DNA from: an uncultured bacterium
Lineage (GTDB): Bacteria; Krumholzibacteriota; Krumholzibacteriia; LZORAL124-64-63
NCBI GenBank assembly: GCA_963732385.1
Contig: CAVSZB010000008.1
Span: forward strand, 403,012-467,011
Direction: 5' to 3'
DNA: 64,000 nt
Made by a program: the position numbers and the translations under genes. This document shows, one piece after another, positions 46,399 to 57,554 of the stretch; the stretch's first letter is position 1; each line of letters starts with the position of its first letter. The notes under the pieces are model-generated. The model did not search any database, was not told the DNA's origin, and saw nothing but the letters and a program-made list of their open reading frames with translations.

Positions 46399-46502
46399 GT
46401 GCATCGGAAGTGACGGGAAGCCGGTGCCGTGCCGGTCGGATCCATTAACCGAACGCGACCCCGGTCCCGGCCGGGTGCTGATTCAAAAGGAGTGACGAAC
46501 GG

Positions 46503-47105
46503 ATGGCCCACGAACTGCCCCCGCTGCCGTACGCGTACAACGCGCTCGAGCCCGCCATCGACGAGCAGACCATGCGGCTGCATCACGATCTGCACCACAA
46601 GGCCTATGTGGATGGCCTGAACAAGGCCGAGGAGATGCTCGCCAACGCGCGCGCGAGCGGCGATTTCTCGCTCGTGAAGCACTGGGAGCGCGAGGCGGCT
46701 TTCCACGGTTCGGGGCATCTGCTGCATGCGATCTTCTGGCCGAATCTCGCCCCTGCGGGGCACGGCGGCGGCGGCGAACCGGACGGGGCGCTGGCGGCGC
46801 GGATCACGGCCGACTTCGGCGGTTTCGAGGCGTTCCGCAACCACTTCACCGCCGCCGCCACGCAGGTCGAGGCGAGCGGCTGGGCGATCCTCGCGCGGCG
46901 CCCGTCCGACGGCAAGCTCGTCATACTCACCGCCGAGAAGCACCAGAACCTCACGCAGTGGGGGGTCGTGCCGCTGCTGGTGCTCGACGTCTGGGAGCAT
47001 GCCTACTACCTGCGTTACCAGAATCGCCGCGCGGAGTACGTGAAGAATTTCTGGACGATCGTCAATTGGGTCGACGTGGCGGAGCGGTTCGCCGCGGCGG
47101 GATGA
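46503..47105 (+). CDS. Fe/Mn superoxide dismutase
   Basis: LPYAYNALEP, HHDLHH, DVWEHAYY signature. Confidence 0.96.
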   Translation: MAHELPPLPYAYNALEPAIDEQTMRLHHDLHHKAYVDGLNKAEEMLANARASGDFSLVKHWEREAAFHGSGHLLHAIFWPNLAPAGHGGGGEPDGALAARITADFGGFEAFRNHFTAAATQVEASGWAILARRPSDGKLVILTAEKHQNLTQWGVVPLLVLDVWEHAYYLRYQNRRAEYVKNFWTIVNWVDVAERFAAAG

Positions 47106-47116
47106 AGAGGGCCCCG

Positions 47117-47617
47117 ATGTTGAGGATCACCAAGGCCGAAGAGCACGCCCTGCGGTTGATCATGCGCCTGGCGCGGCAGTCGGACCAGCGGACGCTCGCG
47201 GAACTGGCGCGGCAGGAGCTGCTGCCCGAGCCGACGGTGGCCAAGCTGCTCGGCCGCCTGCGCGACGGCGGACTCGTCACCGCGGTGAGGGGGCGTCACG
47301 GCGGGTACGAACTGGCGCTGCCGGCGGCGCGGATCAGCGTGGCCGGGGTGCTGGGCGTTCTGAAGCGGCCCCTGCTGGCGGCCCACACCTGCCAGGCCGG
47401 CCGGCGCGCGGCCGATCCCTGCCCGCGGCTGGCCGACTGCGGTCTGCGCCCGGTCTGGGCGCACGTGGAGGCGCAGATCACCGATCTGCTCAACGGAATC
47501 ACTATCGCCGACCTGCTGCAGGCCGAGGGCCGCGTGCGCGACCGGATCGCCGCGCTCTGGCCGCGGCCGGAGGCGCCGGGCGAACCCCTGCCGGTTTTGG
47601 CCGGACCAAGGAGCTGA
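47117..47617 (+). CDS. Rrf2 family regulator of the suf operon (IscR-like)
   Basis: ITKAEEHALR, RGRHGGYEL, three Cys (C...CPRLADC). Alternative start at 47102. Confidence 0.88.
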   Translation: MLRITKAEEHALRLIMRLARQSDQRTLAELARQELLPEPTVAKLLGRLRDGGLVTAVRGRHGGYELALPAARISVAGVLGVLKRPLLAAHTCQAGRRAADPCPRLADCGLRPVWAHVEAQITDLLNGITIADLLQAEGRVRDRIAALWPRPEAPGEPLPVLAGPRS

Positions 47618-47620
47618 CCG

Positions 47621-48394
47621 ATGAATCGCGACGCACAGCAGCCGATCTTCGCCTGCCGCGACGTGCACGTTTTCGTGGGGGACAAGGAGATCGTCCGGGG
47701 CGTGGACCTCGAGATCCCCGCCGGCGCGAAGCATGCGCTGATGGGGCCCAACGGCTCCGGCAAGTCGACCCTCGCGGCCGCCCTGATGGGACATCCGTCC
47801 TACCGTGTCACCGGCGAGATCCTGCTCGCTGGGCAGCCGGTGCATGAACTCGCGGCCGATGCGCGCGCGCGCCTCGGCATGTTCCTCGGCTTCCAGTACC
47901 CGGTCGCCGTACCGGGCGTCTCGGTGGCCAACTTCCTGCGCGCCGCGCTGACGGCGCGCCGCGGCGCCGAGGTGCCGATCAAGCAGTTCCGGCAGGAGCT
48001 GCAGGCGGCGTTCGAGGCGCTGGGGGTGCCGCGTGAATTCATGGGGCGCTACCTGAACGATGGCTTTTCGGGCGGCGAGAAGAAGCGCCTGGAGATCCTG
48101 CAGATGTTCCTGCTCCGGCCCCGGTTCGCGCTGCTCGACGAGACCGACTCGGGGCTCGACATCGACGCCCTCAAGATCGTCTCGGAGGGCATCAACCGGG
48201 CCTCCGGCGAGGCGGGCGTGCTCCTGGTCACCCACTACCAGCGGATCCTCGACTTCGTGCAACCCGACCGCGTCCACGTCTTCATGGGCGGGCGGATCGT
48301 CCGTTCGGGAGGTCCGGAGCTGGCGCGCGAACTCGAGGCGCGCGGCTACGACTGGCTCGATCCGGCCCCGTCCGTGGAAGGGGTGACCCGATGA
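47621..48394 (+). CDS. sufC: Fe-S assembly ATPase SufC
   Basis: [41 protein letters not shown]. Confidence 0.96.
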   Translation: MNRDAQQPIFACRDVHVFVGDKEIVRGVDLEIPAGAKHALMGPNGSGKSTLAAALMGHPSYRVTGEILLAGQPVHELAADARARLGMFLGFQYPVAVPGVSVANFLRAALTARRGAEVPIKQFRQELQAAFEALGVPREFMGRYLNDGFSGGEKKRLEILQMFLLRPRFALLDETDSGLDIDALKIVSEGINRASGEAGVLLVTHYQRILDFVQPDRVHVFMGGRIVRSGGPELARELEARGYDWLDPAPSVEGVTR

Positions 48395-49809
48395 GCTCGG
48401 AGCACCAGATCGCCGACCTCAACCAGGACTACCTGTCGAGGTACGGGTTCCACGACCCCGAGGAGTACCTGCTCAAGGCGCCCAAGGGGCTGAGCCACGA
48501 AGTGATCGAAATGATCTCGCGCTACAAGCAGGAGCCCGAGTGGATGCGCGCGTTCCGGCACCAGGCGCTCGACCTGTTCTACGCCAAGCCGATGCCCCGC
48601 TGGGGGAACCAGGAGCTGCTCGGCAGCATCGACTTCGAGAACATCCACTACTACCTCAAACCGATGGAGGGGCAGGGGAAGACGTGGGACGAGGTGCCTG
48701 ACAACATCAAGCGCACCTTCGACCGCCTTGGCATTCCCGAGGCGGAGCGCAAGTTCCTGGCCGGCGTGTCGGCGCAGTACGAGTCGGAGGTCGTGTACCA
48801 TTCGATCCGCGAGGATCTGACGCAGCTCGGCGTGCTGTTCTGCGACATGGACACCGCCCTGCGCGAGCACCCCGAGATCGTGCGCAAGTGGTTCGCCACC
48901 GTGATTCCTCCGCACGACAACAAGTTCGCGGCGCTCAACTCGGCCGCCTGGTCGGGCGGCTCGTTCATCTACGTGCCGCCGAACACGAAGGTAGACATCC
49001 CGCTGCAGGCCTACTTCCGCATCAACGCCGAGAACATGGGGCAGTTCGAGCGCACGCTGATCATTGCCGACGAGGGGTCGTCGGTGCACTACATCGAGGG
49101 CTGCACGGCGCCGGTGTATTCGACCGACTCGCTGCACTCGGCGGTCGTGGAGCTGATCGCGCTCAAGGGGGCGCATATCCGCTACACGACGATCCAGAAC
49201 TGGTCCACGAACGTCTTCAACCTCGTGACGAAGCGCGCGGTCGCGCATGCCGACGCCGTGGTCGAGTGGGTGGACGGCAACCTCGGTTCCAAGCTGACCA
49301 TGAAGTACCCTGCCATCTACCTCGTGGGCGAGCGGGCGCACGGCGAGGTGATGTCGGTGGCGTTCGCCGGCGACGGCCAGCACCAGGACGCCGGCGCCAA
49401 GATGGTCCACGCCGCGCCCCACACGACGTCACGCATCATCTCGAAGTCGATTTCCAAAGGGGGCGGACGCTCGTCCTATCGCGGGCTGGTGAAGGTCGCG
49501 CGCGGCGCGCACGGCTGCAGGACGCACGTGGAGTGCGACGCGCTGCTGATCGGAGGGCGGGCCCGTTCCGACACCTATCCGACCATGGACATCGCCGAAC
49601 ACGACGTGTCGGTGGAGCACGAAGCGCGGGTGTCGAAGGTGGGCGACGAACAGCTGTTCTATCTGCGCAGTCGGGGTCTCTCGGAGGACCAGGCGCGCCT
49701 GATGATCGTCAACGGCTTCATCGAGCCGTTCGTGCGGGAATTGCCGATGGAGTACGCGGTGGAACTGAACCGGCTCATCGAGCTCGAAATGGAGGGGTCC
49801 GTTGGCTGA
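48391..49809 (+). CDS. sufB: Fe-S assembly protein SufB
   Basis: [38 protein letters not shown]. Confidence 0.96.
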   Translation: MSSEHQIADLNQDYLSRYGFHDPEEYLLKAPKGLSHEVIEMISRYKQEPEWMRAFRHQALDLFYAKPMPRWGNQELLGSIDFENIHYYLKPMEGQGKTWDEVPDNIKRTFDRLGIPEAERKFLAGVSAQYESEVVYHSIREDLTQLGVLFCDMDTALREHPEIVRKWFATVIPPHDNKFAALNSAAWSGGSFIYVPPNTKVDIPLQAYFRINAENMGQFERTLIIADEGSSVHYIEGCTAPVYSTDSLHSAVVELIALKGAHIRYTTIQNWSTNVFNLVTKRAVAHADAVVEWVDGNLGSKLTMKYPAIYLVGERAHGEVMSVAFAGDGQHQDAGAKMVHAAPHTTSRIISKSISKGGGRSSYRGLVKVARGAHGCRTHVECDALLIGGRARSDTYPTMDIAEHDVSVEHEARVSKVGDEQLFYLRSRGLSEDQARLMIVNGFIEPFVRELPMEYAVELNRLIELEMEGSVG

Positions 49810-51088
49810 TGTCGCGCTGCTGGGCGCGCCCGGCAAGCCAGTTCTGACGGCCGGTACGCTGAGGGATTTCGCGCGCCGTCGCGGCGAAGCGGCGCCTCTG
49901 GTGGCGGCGCGGCTGGCTGCACTCGAGATCTACCTGGCCGCCGGGTTGCCGGACCGGGTGCGCCACCTCTGGCGGTACACCGACCCGGCCCGGCTGTTGC
50001 CGGCCTCGCCGCTGGTCGTGGCGTCGGCGGCGGACCCGGCGCCGATTTGCGGACCGCTGCAAGGCGGCGGGGAGGCCGTGGTCCTGCTGGCCGGCGGGGC
50101 GCCACTGTTGAGCGCGGCGGCCGCCGATGCCGGTATCCAGGTGGTGCCGCTGGCGGCCGCCGGCGTGGAACTGGACCGGCTCGGCATGGCGGTGCCGGCC
50201 GCGCACGGCCTGTTCGAGGCCCTCAACGCCGCCGCCTGGAGCGACGGGGCGCTGGTGCGTCTGCCACGGCGCACGATCCTGGCGCAGCCGTTGCGCGTGA
50301 TCGTGCCGGCGACCGCCGGCACGACGCTGCCGCGGCTGCTGATCGTTGCCGAGGCGGGCGTCGAGGCGACGGTGGTCGAGGAGCATGTCGGTGGCGGTGA
50401 TGACGCGCGCGTGGTGGGAGTGAGCGAACTATTCGTCGCGTCCGGCGCGCGGCTGCGCCACGTGCTGCTGCAGCGCTGGGCCGGCGGCACGGTGGGACAT
50501 CTGACCACCCGCGCCCGTCTCGAGCGCGACGCTGACCTGCTCACCGTCGTGGCGGTGCTGGGCGGGGCGGTGGCGAAGCTCGACCTCGGCGCCATTCTGG
50601 CGGGGGAGGGCGCGCGCAGCCGGATGGTCGGCGTGGCGCTCGGGGAGGGACGCCAGCACCACGACCTGCATACGCTGCATCGGCACACGGCCGGTCACAC
50701 CCGGTCGAACCTCGATATCAAGGCGGTGCTCACCGGACGCGCCCGCTCGGTCTACACCGGGCTGATCCGGATCGAGGAGGGGGCGTCGCACAGCGAGGCC
50801 TACCAGGAGAATCGCAACCTGCTGCTGTCCGACCACTGCCGGGCTGACACCATTCCGGAGCTGGAGATCCTGACCGACGAGGTCTCCTGCACGCACGGCG
50901 CCACAGTTTCGCCCGTGGACCCGGAACAGCTGTTCTACCTGCGCAGTCGCGGCCTGCACCCGGCCGAGGCGGTGCGCCTGGCCGTGCGCGGTTTCCTCGA
51001 GCCGCTGCTGTGCCAGCTGCCGGAGCCCATGCGCGGCGAGGTCGAGGAGCTCGTGAACGTTCGGCTGGCAAGTCTGGGAGGAGCCTGA
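49802..51088 (+). CDS. sufD: Fe-S assembly protein SufD
   Basis: [36 protein letters not shown]. Confidence 0.9.
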   Translation: MADVALLGAPGKPVLTAGTLRDFARRRGEAAPLVAARLAALEIYLAAGLPDRVRHLWRYTDPARLLPASPLVVASAADPAPICGPLQGGGEAVVLLAGGAPLLSAAAADAGIQVVPLAAAGVELDRLGMAVPAAHGLFEALNAAAWSDGALVRLPRRTILAQPLRVIVPATAGTTLPRLLIVAEAGVEATVVEEHVGGGDDARVVGVSELFVASGARLRHVLLQRWAGGTVGHLTTRARLERDADLLTVVAVLGGAVAKLDLGAILAGEGARSRMVGVALGEGRQHHDLHTLHRHTAGHTRSNLDIKAVLTGRARSVYTGLIRIEEGASHSEAYQENRNLLLSDHCRADTIPELEILTDEVSCTHGATVSPVDPEQLFYLRSRGLHPAEAVRLAVRGFLEPLLCQLPEPMRGEVEELVNVRLASLGGA

Positions 51089-51402
51089 TGGACTGGACGA
51101 GGATCTGCCGTCTCGTGGACATCGTCGCCGGCGCCACGCGGTCGGTAGTCATCGGCGGCGAGCGGGTGCTGGTGTGTCGCGTGGACGATTCGCGGGTGTT
51201 CGCCATCGAGGATGCCTGCACGCACGACGACGCGCCGCTTGACCAGGCGGCGCTCGAGGGCTGTGCGATCGAGTGTCCGCGCCACGGCGCGCGCTTCGAC
51301 GTCACCAACGGCGCCGTGCTGCGCATGCCGGCCGCGAGCCCGCTGCCGACCTGGCCCGTCCGGGTGGCCGACGGCTGGATCGAGATCGCGATGGAGGGCT
51401 GA
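51088..51402 (+). CDS. Rieske-type ferredoxin
   Basis: CTHD...ECPRHGARFD Rieske motif. Confidence 0.92.
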   Translation: MDWTRICRLVDIVAGATRSVVIGGERVLVCRVDDSRVFAIEDACTHDDAPLDQAALEGCAIECPRHGARFDVTNGAVLRMPAASPLPTWPVRVADGWIEIAMEG

Positions 51403-51404
51403 CC

Positions 51405-52643
51405 ATGGGCGCTTTGCCGACCGCGGCCCGCGAGGGTCTCCTGCGCGAACGGTTCCCCGCGCTGCGCCGCGAAGTGGCGGGGCAGCGGCTCGTCTACCTC
51501 GACTCCGCGGCCACGGCGCAGAAACCGGAAGCGGTGATCGAGGCCGAGGCCCGCTTCTATCGCGAATCCAACGCCAATGTCCACCGCGGGCTGCACACCC
51601 TGGCCGCAGAGGCGACGGCGGCCTACGAGGCGTGCCGCGCCCGGGTGGCGGCCTGGGTCGGCGCGGCGCGCCCGGAGGATGTCGTCATCACGCGCAACGC
51701 CACCGCCGCGCTGAACCTCGCGGCGCGCGGGTGGGAACAGTTCCTGCAGCCGGGGGACGAGGTGCTTCTCACCGAGATGGAACACCACGCCAACCTCGTC
51801 CCCTGGCTCATGCTCGCGCGGCGGCGGGCGGTGACCGTGCGCTACCTGCCGCTCACGCCGGACGGCCGGCTTGACCTCGATCAGCTGCCGGTCCTGCTCG
51901 GGCCGCGCACGAAGATCGTGGCCCTGACCGCCGTCTCGAACGTGCTCGGCACCATCAACCCGGTCGCGGAGATCGCCAACGCCGCCCGGCGGCGCGGTGC
52001 GCTGGTCGTCGTTGACGCGGCGCAGGCCGTCGGGCACCTGCCGGTGGACTTCGCCGCTCTGGGCGCCGACCTGCTCGCCTTCTCGGCGCACAAGGTCTAC
52101 GGGCCGCTGGGCCTCGGCTTCCTGGTCGGCCGTGCCGAAGTGCTGGCGCGGCTCGAACCGGTCGAGGGGGGCGGCGAGATGATCGAGCGGGTGGAGTGGG
52201 ACACGGTCACCTGGGCCGGGGTGCCGGCGCGCTTCGAGGCCGGCACGCCCAATGTCGCGGCGGCCGCCGCGTTCCCGCCGGCGCTCGATCTGCTCGACGA
52301 GCTGGGCATCGACCGCGTCCGCCGGCACGAACGCGACCTGGCCGGCTACGCCTGGGAACGTCTGGCGGGTGTGCCGGGACTGCGGCTGTTCGGACCGGTC
52401 GACCCTGACCGGCGCGGCGGCCTCATCAGTTTCCACGACCCGCACGTGCATCCTCACGACATGGCGACGCTGCTCGATCAGCGGGGGATCGCGGTGCGGG
52501 CGGGCCACCACTGCGCGCAGCCGCTGCATCGGCGGCTCGGCGTGGTCGCCACCAACCGCGCCTCGTTCGGTCTCTACTCGAGCCACGACGAGGTCGATGC
52601 GTTGATCGACGGCATTGCTTTCGCGAGGAGCGTGTTCGCCTGA
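51405..52643 (+). CDS. sufS: Cysteine desulfurase SufS
   Basis: YLDSAATAQKP, EHHAN, SAHKVYGP (PLP Lys), RAGHHCAQP. Confidence 0.95.
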   Translation: MGALPTAAREGLLRERFPALRREVAGQRLVYLDSAATAQKPEAVIEAEARFYRESNANVHRGLHTLAAEATAAYEACRARVAAWVGAARPEDVVITRNATAALNLAARGWEQFLQPGDEVLLTEMEHHANLVPWLMLARRRAVTVRYLPLTPDGRLDLDQLPVLLGPRTKIVALTAVSNVLGTINPVAEIANAARRRGALVVVDAAQAVGHLPVDFAALGADLLAFSAHKVYGPLGLGFLVGRAEVLARLEPVEGGGEMIERVEWDTVTWAGVPARFEAGTPNVAAAAAFPPALDLLDELGIDRVRRHERDLAGYAWERLAGVPGLRLFGPVDPDRRGGLISFHDPHVHPHDMATLLDQRGIAVRAGHHCAQPLHRRLGVVATNRASFGLYSSHDEVDALIDGIAFARSVFA

Positions 52644-53131
52644 TGGACATCAACGCGCTCGACAGTCTCTACCGCGAGGTGGTCCTTGACCACCACCGGC
52701 ATCCGCGTGGCAACCGCCGTCTCGAGATGTACGATCTGGAGGCGTGCGGCCAGAACCCCTCGTGCGGCGACGAGGTGTCGCTGCAACTCTGCCTCGATGG
52801 GGATCGCATCGCCGATGTCGCCGTCTTCTCGCACGGCTGCGCCATCTCGACGGCGTCCGGTTCCATGCTGGCGGAGATCGTCCGCGGGCGCTCGCTGGAA
52901 GAGGCGCGGCGGCTCGCCGATATTTTCAAGGCGGCGATGCACGGCGACGATCCTCCCGCCGAGATCGATCTCGGCGATCTGGAGGCGCTCACTGGTGTGC
53001 GCAAGTTCCCGGTCCGGATCAAGTGCGCGTTGCTGCCATGGATCACCCTCCTGGACGCGGTGCTGGAGCGGTCGGAGGGAAGCGGACCGACCGGCGGTGG
53101 CGTCGGTGCGTCAGAAAAGGAGCCGGCATGA
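52643..53131 (+). CDS. sufU: SUF system NifU-like protein SufU
   Basis: LYREVVLDH, NPSCGD, GCAISTAS, RIKCALL. Confidence 0.93.
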   Translation: MDINALDSLYREVVLDHHRHPRGNRRLEMYDLEACGQNPSCGDEVSLQLCLDGDRIADVAVFSHGCAISTASGSMLAEIVRGRSLEEARRLADIFKAAMHGDDPPAEIDLGDLEALTGVRKFPVRIKCALLPWITLLDAVLERSEGSGPTGGGVGASEKEPA

Positions 53132-53478
53132 ACGATCAGAACGGTAATCCAGGCCGGGCGGCGCCCGCCCCCGCCCCCGAAACGGTCGTGGAGGCGCTGC
53201 GGCCCGTCGAAGACCCTGAGCTTGGTATCTCCATTGTTGACCTTGGCTTGCTGCGTGGGGTTGAAGTAGATGATGAAACCGGAAAAGTGCTCGTCACCAT
53301 GACCCTCACGAGCCCCATGTGCCCCCTGGGCCCCCAGATCATGGCCGCGGTGAAGTCCGCCGCCGCCGCCGTGCCGGGCATCGTCGGGGCGAGCGTTCAA
53401 CTGGCCTGGAGCCCTCCCTGGGATCCCCGCATCGACGCCACCGACGATGGGAAGGCGGAGCTCGGTATCTGGGACTGA
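53128..53478 (+). CDS. sufT: DUF59/SufT metal-sulfur cluster biosynthesis protein
   Basis: VEDPELGISIVDLGL, TLTSPMCP, WSPPW. Confidence 0.9.
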   Translation: MNDQNGNPGRAAPAPAPETVVEALRPVEDPELGISIVDLGLLRGVEVDDETGKVLVTMTLTSPMCPLGPQIMAAVKSAAAAVPGIVGASVQLAWSPPWDPRIDATDDGKAELGIWD

Positions 53479-53611
53479 GGCCGCTCCTTGCCTGCAGCGC
53501 CGCCGCTCTCTATTTTGGTGCAGGCCGATACAGGATTGAAACAGACGTAATCCGATCGCTGCGGTCGGTGTTCCGCGCCCGCCGCCACGCCGCGGCGGGG
53601 GAGGTCGGCTG

Positions 53612-54682
53612 GTGTTGACGAGGCGGGAAATCCTCGACTGGCTGCGCGAGAACGATCCGGCGCGGGTCGCCGAACTGTGGCGTCTGGCCGACGATACGCG
53701 GCGTCGCGGCGTGGGCGACGATGTCCACCTGCGCGGTCTGATCGAGATCTCCAACCACTGCGTGCGTCAGTGTGCGTACTGCGGCATCCGCGCCGGCCGG
53801 CGCGACCTCGAGCGCTACCGCATGACGACCGTCGAGATCCTAGCCGCTGCCCGGCTTGCCGAAACGTTCGGTTACGGCACCGTCGTGCTGCAGGCCGGGG
53901 AGGATCCGGGCCTGACCTCCGCGTTCGTGGCCGACGTCGTGCGTCGGCTGAAGGGGGATACGCCGCTCGCGGTCACGCTCAGCCTCGGCGAAAGGGACGA
54001 CGCGGAGTTCGCGCTCTGGCGCGAGGCCGGGGCCGACCGTTACCTGCTGCGCTTCGAAACCGCCAACCGCGAACTGTATGACCGCATCCACCCGTCACGC
54101 GGCGATCGTCCCTCCGACCGGCTGGCGCAGTTGAGTCGCTTGCGTGAACTGGGGTACGAGGTCGGCTCGGGCGTCATGGTCGGCATTCCGGGCCAGACCT
54201 GGGACGATCTCGCCGCGGACATCGCTCTGTTCGCTGAACTGGACCTCGACATGATCGGCATCGGACCGTTCCTGCCGCACCCCGACACGCCGCTCGGCGA
54301 CGTGGCCGCCGTTGCCGCAGCGCCCGGCGGTGCGCAGGTACCCGGCGATGAGGCGACGACGCTGCGCGCGGTCGCGCTGGCCCGTCTGGTCTGCCCCTGG
54401 GCGAACATCCCGAGCACGACCGCGCTGGCGACGATCAACCGAGACAGCGGGCGCGAACACGGCCTGGAGCGGGGAGCGAATGTCGTCATGCCGAATCTGA
54501 CGCCGGAACGCTACCGCGTCTGCTATGAGATCTATCCCGGCAAGGCGTGCCTCCACGAAGCAGCCGAGGTTTGTGCAGGCTGTCTCCGTATGCGCATCGA
54601 GGGCCTTGGCCGCCGCATCGGATCAGGTCCCGGGCACGCGCGCGATCACCGCGCCGGCGCGATCCGGGCCGGGGAGATTTGA
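53612..54682 (+). CDS. hydE: [FeFe]-hydrogenase maturase HydE (radical SAM)
   Basis: LRGLIEISNHCVRQCAYC, YLLRFET, GIGPFLPHPDTP, GANVVMPN, YEIYPGK; next to hydG and hydF. Confidence 0.9.
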   Translation: MLTRREILDWLRENDPARVAELWRLADDTRRRGVGDDVHLRGLIEISNHCVRQCAYCGIRAGRRDLERYRMTTVEILAAARLAETFGYGTVVLQAGEDPGLTSAFVADVVRRLKGDTPLAVTLSLGERDDAEFALWREAGADRYLLRFETANRELYDRIHPSRGDRPSDRLAQLSRLRELGYEVGSGVMVGIPGQTWDDLAADIALFAELDLDMIGIGPFLPHPDTPLGDVAAVAAAPGGAQVPGDEATTLRAVALARLVCPWANIPSTTALATINRDSGREHGLERGANVVMPNLTPERYRVCYEIYPGKACLHEAAEVCAGCLRMRIEGLGRRIGSGPGHARDHRAGAIRAGEI

Positions 54683-54683
54683 A

Positions 54684-56102
54684 GTGTCACTGCCTCCCCT
54701 GCAGCCGGGCGGGCGCGCCGTCGACTTCATCGATGACGAGGCGCTGCAGGTCCTGCTCGCCCGCCCCGCCGACCGCGGGCGCGTGCGGGAACTGATCGCC
54801 AAGAGCCTGGACAAGGCGCCACTCTCGGTCGCCGAGACCGCCGAACTGCTCGTCGCCGACGACGCGGAATCGGTGGCCGCGATCTTCGCCGCCGCGCACC
54901 GGCTCAAGGAGGAGGTCTACGGCAACCGGATCGTCCTCTTCGCGCCGTTGTATCTGGGCAACGAGTGTACGAATGACTGTCTCTACTGCGGCTTCCGTCG
55001 CAGCAACCGCGACGCGGTGCGCGTTTCGCTCGACGCCGACGCGCTGCGCCGGCAGGTGCTGGCGCTCGAGGCGCAGGGTCACAAGCGCCTGATCCTGGTC
55101 TTCGGCGAGCACCCGTCCTATGACGCTGCGTTCATCGCGGAGGCCACGCGCGCGGTCTACGCCGTCAGGGAGGGCCACGGCGAGATCCGCCGCGTCAACA
55201 TCAACGCCGCCCCGTTCGACGTGGAGGGGTTCCGGACGATCAAGGCGTCCGGCATCGGCACCTACCAGATCTTCCAGGAGACGTACCACCACGCCACCTA
55301 CGCGCACGTGCATCCCCGCGGCACCCGCAAGGCGGACTACCTCTGGCGTCTCGACGGCCTCAGCCGCGCCCTCGAGGCCGGCTGCGACGATGTCGGCATC
55401 GGCGCCCTGTTCGGCCTTTACGACTGGCGGTTCGAGACCCTCGGCCTCGTGGCGCACGCGGTTCATCTGCAGTCCCGCTACGGGGTCGGTCCGCACACGA
55501 TCAGCTTCCCGCGCCTCCAGCCGGCGCTCGGCTCCGACCTGGACACGAGCCATCTGGTGTCCGACCGCGACTTCCTGCGCCTGATCGCCATCCTGCGCCT
55601 GGCCGTGCCGTACACGGGTCTTATCCTCACCGCCCGTGAGAGCGCGGAGTTGCGCCGGGAGGCGCTCGGCCTCGGTGTCTCGCAGATCGACGCCGGCACC
55701 CGACTCGAATTGGGCGGCTACACGCGCGACGACGAAGGGCAGCACCTCGAACGCGAGCAGTTCAGGCTGGGCGACGTGCGCTCCCTCGACGAGGTCATGT
55801 GCGAACTGGCCGCCGCCGGCTACATTCCGAGTTTCTGCACCGCCTGCTATCGCCTGGGCCGCACCGGCGAGCACTTCATGGAGTTCGCCATTCCCGGGTT
55901 CATCAAACGCTTCTGTACGCCCAACGCCCTCTCCACGCTGGTCGAGTACCTCGAGGACTACGCACCACCGGCCACGCGCGCCGTCGGCGAGCGTCTCGTG
56001 GCGGAGGAACTGGCGCGGCTGGAGGGCGGGCCGCTCAAGACGGAACTGTTGAGCCGGCTGGAACGCATCCGCTCGACTGACGATCGCGATCTCTATTTCT
56101 GA
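54684..56102 (+). CDS. hydG: [FeFe]-hydrogenase maturase HydG (radical SAM)
   Basis: FAPLY..CTNDCLYC, FQETYH, GPHTISFPR, and C-terminal CX2CX22C (CTAC...RFC), which distinguishes it from ThiH. Confidence 0.93.
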   Translation: MSLPPLQPGGRAVDFIDDEALQVLLARPADRGRVRELIAKSLDKAPLSVAETAELLVADDAESVAAIFAAAHRLKEEVYGNRIVLFAPLYLGNECTNDCLYCGFRRSNRDAVRVSLDADALRRQVLALEAQGHKRLILVFGEHPSYDAAFIAEATRAVYAVREGHGEIRRVNINAAPFDVEGFRTIKASGIGTYQIFQETYHHATYAHVHPRGTRKADYLWRLDGLSRALEAGCDDVGIGALFGLYDWRFETLGLVAHAVHLQSRYGVGPHTISFPRLQPALGSDLDTSHLVSDRDFLRLIAILRLAVPYTGLILTARESAELRREALGLGVSQIDAGTRLELGGYTRDDEGQHLEREQFRLGDVRSLDEVMCELAAAGYIPSFCTACYRLGRTGEHFMEFAIPGFIKRFCTPNALSTLVEYLEDYAPPATRAVGERLVAEELARLEGGPLKTELLSRLERIRSTDDRDLYF

Positions 56103-56114
56103 CGGGAGGGCGGA

Positions 56115-57554
56115 GTGACCGCTCGGCGCGAGGAACACGACCAACTGGGGGAGCGGAGCGTCCCCGCGGACGCCTTGCACGGCATCCACACCGATCGGGC
56201 GCGGGAGAACTTCCCGCTGACCGGCCGACCGGTCCATCCCGGGCTGGTGCACGCCTACGGCGCCGTGAAGCTCGCCTGCGCGCGGGTGAACCGCACGCTC
56301 GGTCTCTGGCCCGACGGTGCGACTGCCGACGCCATCGAGCTCGCCTGCCACGAGCTGGCAGACGGCCTGCTCGACGAGCATGTCATTGTCGACGCCCTCC
56401 AGGGGGGCGCCGGCACCTCGCTGAACATGAACGTGAACGAGGTGCTCGCCAACCGCGCGCTGGTCCTGCTGGGCCTGGGGCCCGGTCGCTACGACATCAT
56501 CTCGCCGCTCGGCGACATCAACCGCCACCAGTCCACCAACGACACCTTTCCCACGGCCCTGCGCCTGGCCGCGATCCGCGGACTGCGGGAACTGGAGACG
56601 CGGGTCGTCGCGCTGCAGAACGCCTGCCAGACGAAGGAGCAGGAATTCGCGTCGATCGTGAAGGTGGCGCGCACGCAGTACCAGGACGCCGTGTTGATCA
56701 CCCTGGGGCGCGAAATGTCAGCCTGGGCCGAGGCGGTGGCGCGCGACCGCTGGCGCATCTACAAGTGCGAGGAGCGTCTGCGCGTGGTGAATCTCGGCGG
56801 CACGGCGGTCGGCACGGGACTGGGCGCGCCTCGCGCCTTCATCTTCGGCGCCACCGACGAGTTGCGCGAGTTGACCGGCATCGGTTTCGCGCGCGCGGAG
56901 AACCTGGTCGAGGCGACGCAGAACGCCGACGTCTATGTGGAGGTTTCAGGCATCCTCAAAGCGTGTGCCGTCACCCTGCTCAAGATCACTGGCGACCTGC
57001 GCCTGCTGTCGTCGGGACCGGGGGCGGGTCTCGGCGAGCTGCGCCTGCCGCCGCGGCAGGCCGGCTCCTCGATCATGCCCGACAAGGTGAATCCCGTGAT
57101 TCCCGAGGCCGTTGCGCAGTGCGCCATGCTGGTCATCGCGCACGACCAGGCCATCACGCTGGCCGCGTCTTCGGGCAGTCTGGAGCTGAATCCCTACCTG
57201 CCTCTGATCGCCCATTGCCTGCTCGAAAGCTGCGACCTGCTCGCGCACGCCAGCGATATCCTGGCGCGTCTGTGCGTCGAGGGGCTGACGGCCGACGAGA
57301 CACGCTGCCGCGCCGGGTGGGAAGGTTCGACGGCCACCTCGACCGCGTTGCTGCCGCTGCTGGGCTATGCGGCGGCGGGCGCCCTGGCCCGACGCGCGGC
57401 CGCCGCCGGACGCACGATCCGCGAGACGGCCCTCGCCGAAGGATTGCTCACGGTCGCGCAGTTCGACGAACTGGTCCGGCCCGAGAGCGTTTGCCGCCTC
57501 GGCTCGACCCCGCCGCCGGTCGCTTCGCCGTCGCCGGAGGGGGAAACACCGTGA
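56115..57554 (+). CDS. aspA: Aspartate ammonia-lyase
   Basis: QGGAGTS.NMN.NEV, QSTNDTFPT, LGGTAVGTG, GSSIMPDKVNP signature. Confidence 0.88.
   Translation: MTARREEHDQLGERSVPADALHGIHTDRARENFPLTGRPVHPGLVHAYGAVKLACARVNRTLGLWPDGATADAIELACHELADGLLDEHVIVDALQGGAGTSLNMNVNEVLANRALVLLGLGPGRYDIISPLGDINRHQSTNDTFPTALRLAAIRGLRELETRVVALQNACQTKEQEFASIVKVARTQYQDAVLITLGREMSAWAEAVARDRWRIYKCEERLRVVNLGGTAVGTGLGAPRAFIFGATDELRELTGIGFARAENLVEATQNADVYVEVSGILKACAVTLLKITGDLRLLSSGPGAGLGELRLPPRQAGSSIMPDKVNPVIPEAVAQCAMLVIAHDQAITLAASSGSLELNPYLPLIAHCLLESCDLLAHASDILARLCVEGLTADETRCRAGWEGSTATSTALLPLLGYAAAGALARRAAAAGRTIRETALAEGLLTVAQFDELVRPESVCRLGSTPPPVASPSPEGETP

Noticed and set aside
53510..53542. Sequence ending in GGATTGAAAC, like a CRISPR repeat end
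   Set aside because: Single copy, no spacer-repeat periodicity and no cas genes.
53612..56102. Alternative calls of bioB and thiH for the two radical SAM genes
   Set aside because: The C-terminal CX2CX22C motif, the YEIYPGK motif and adjacent hydF support hydG and hydE.
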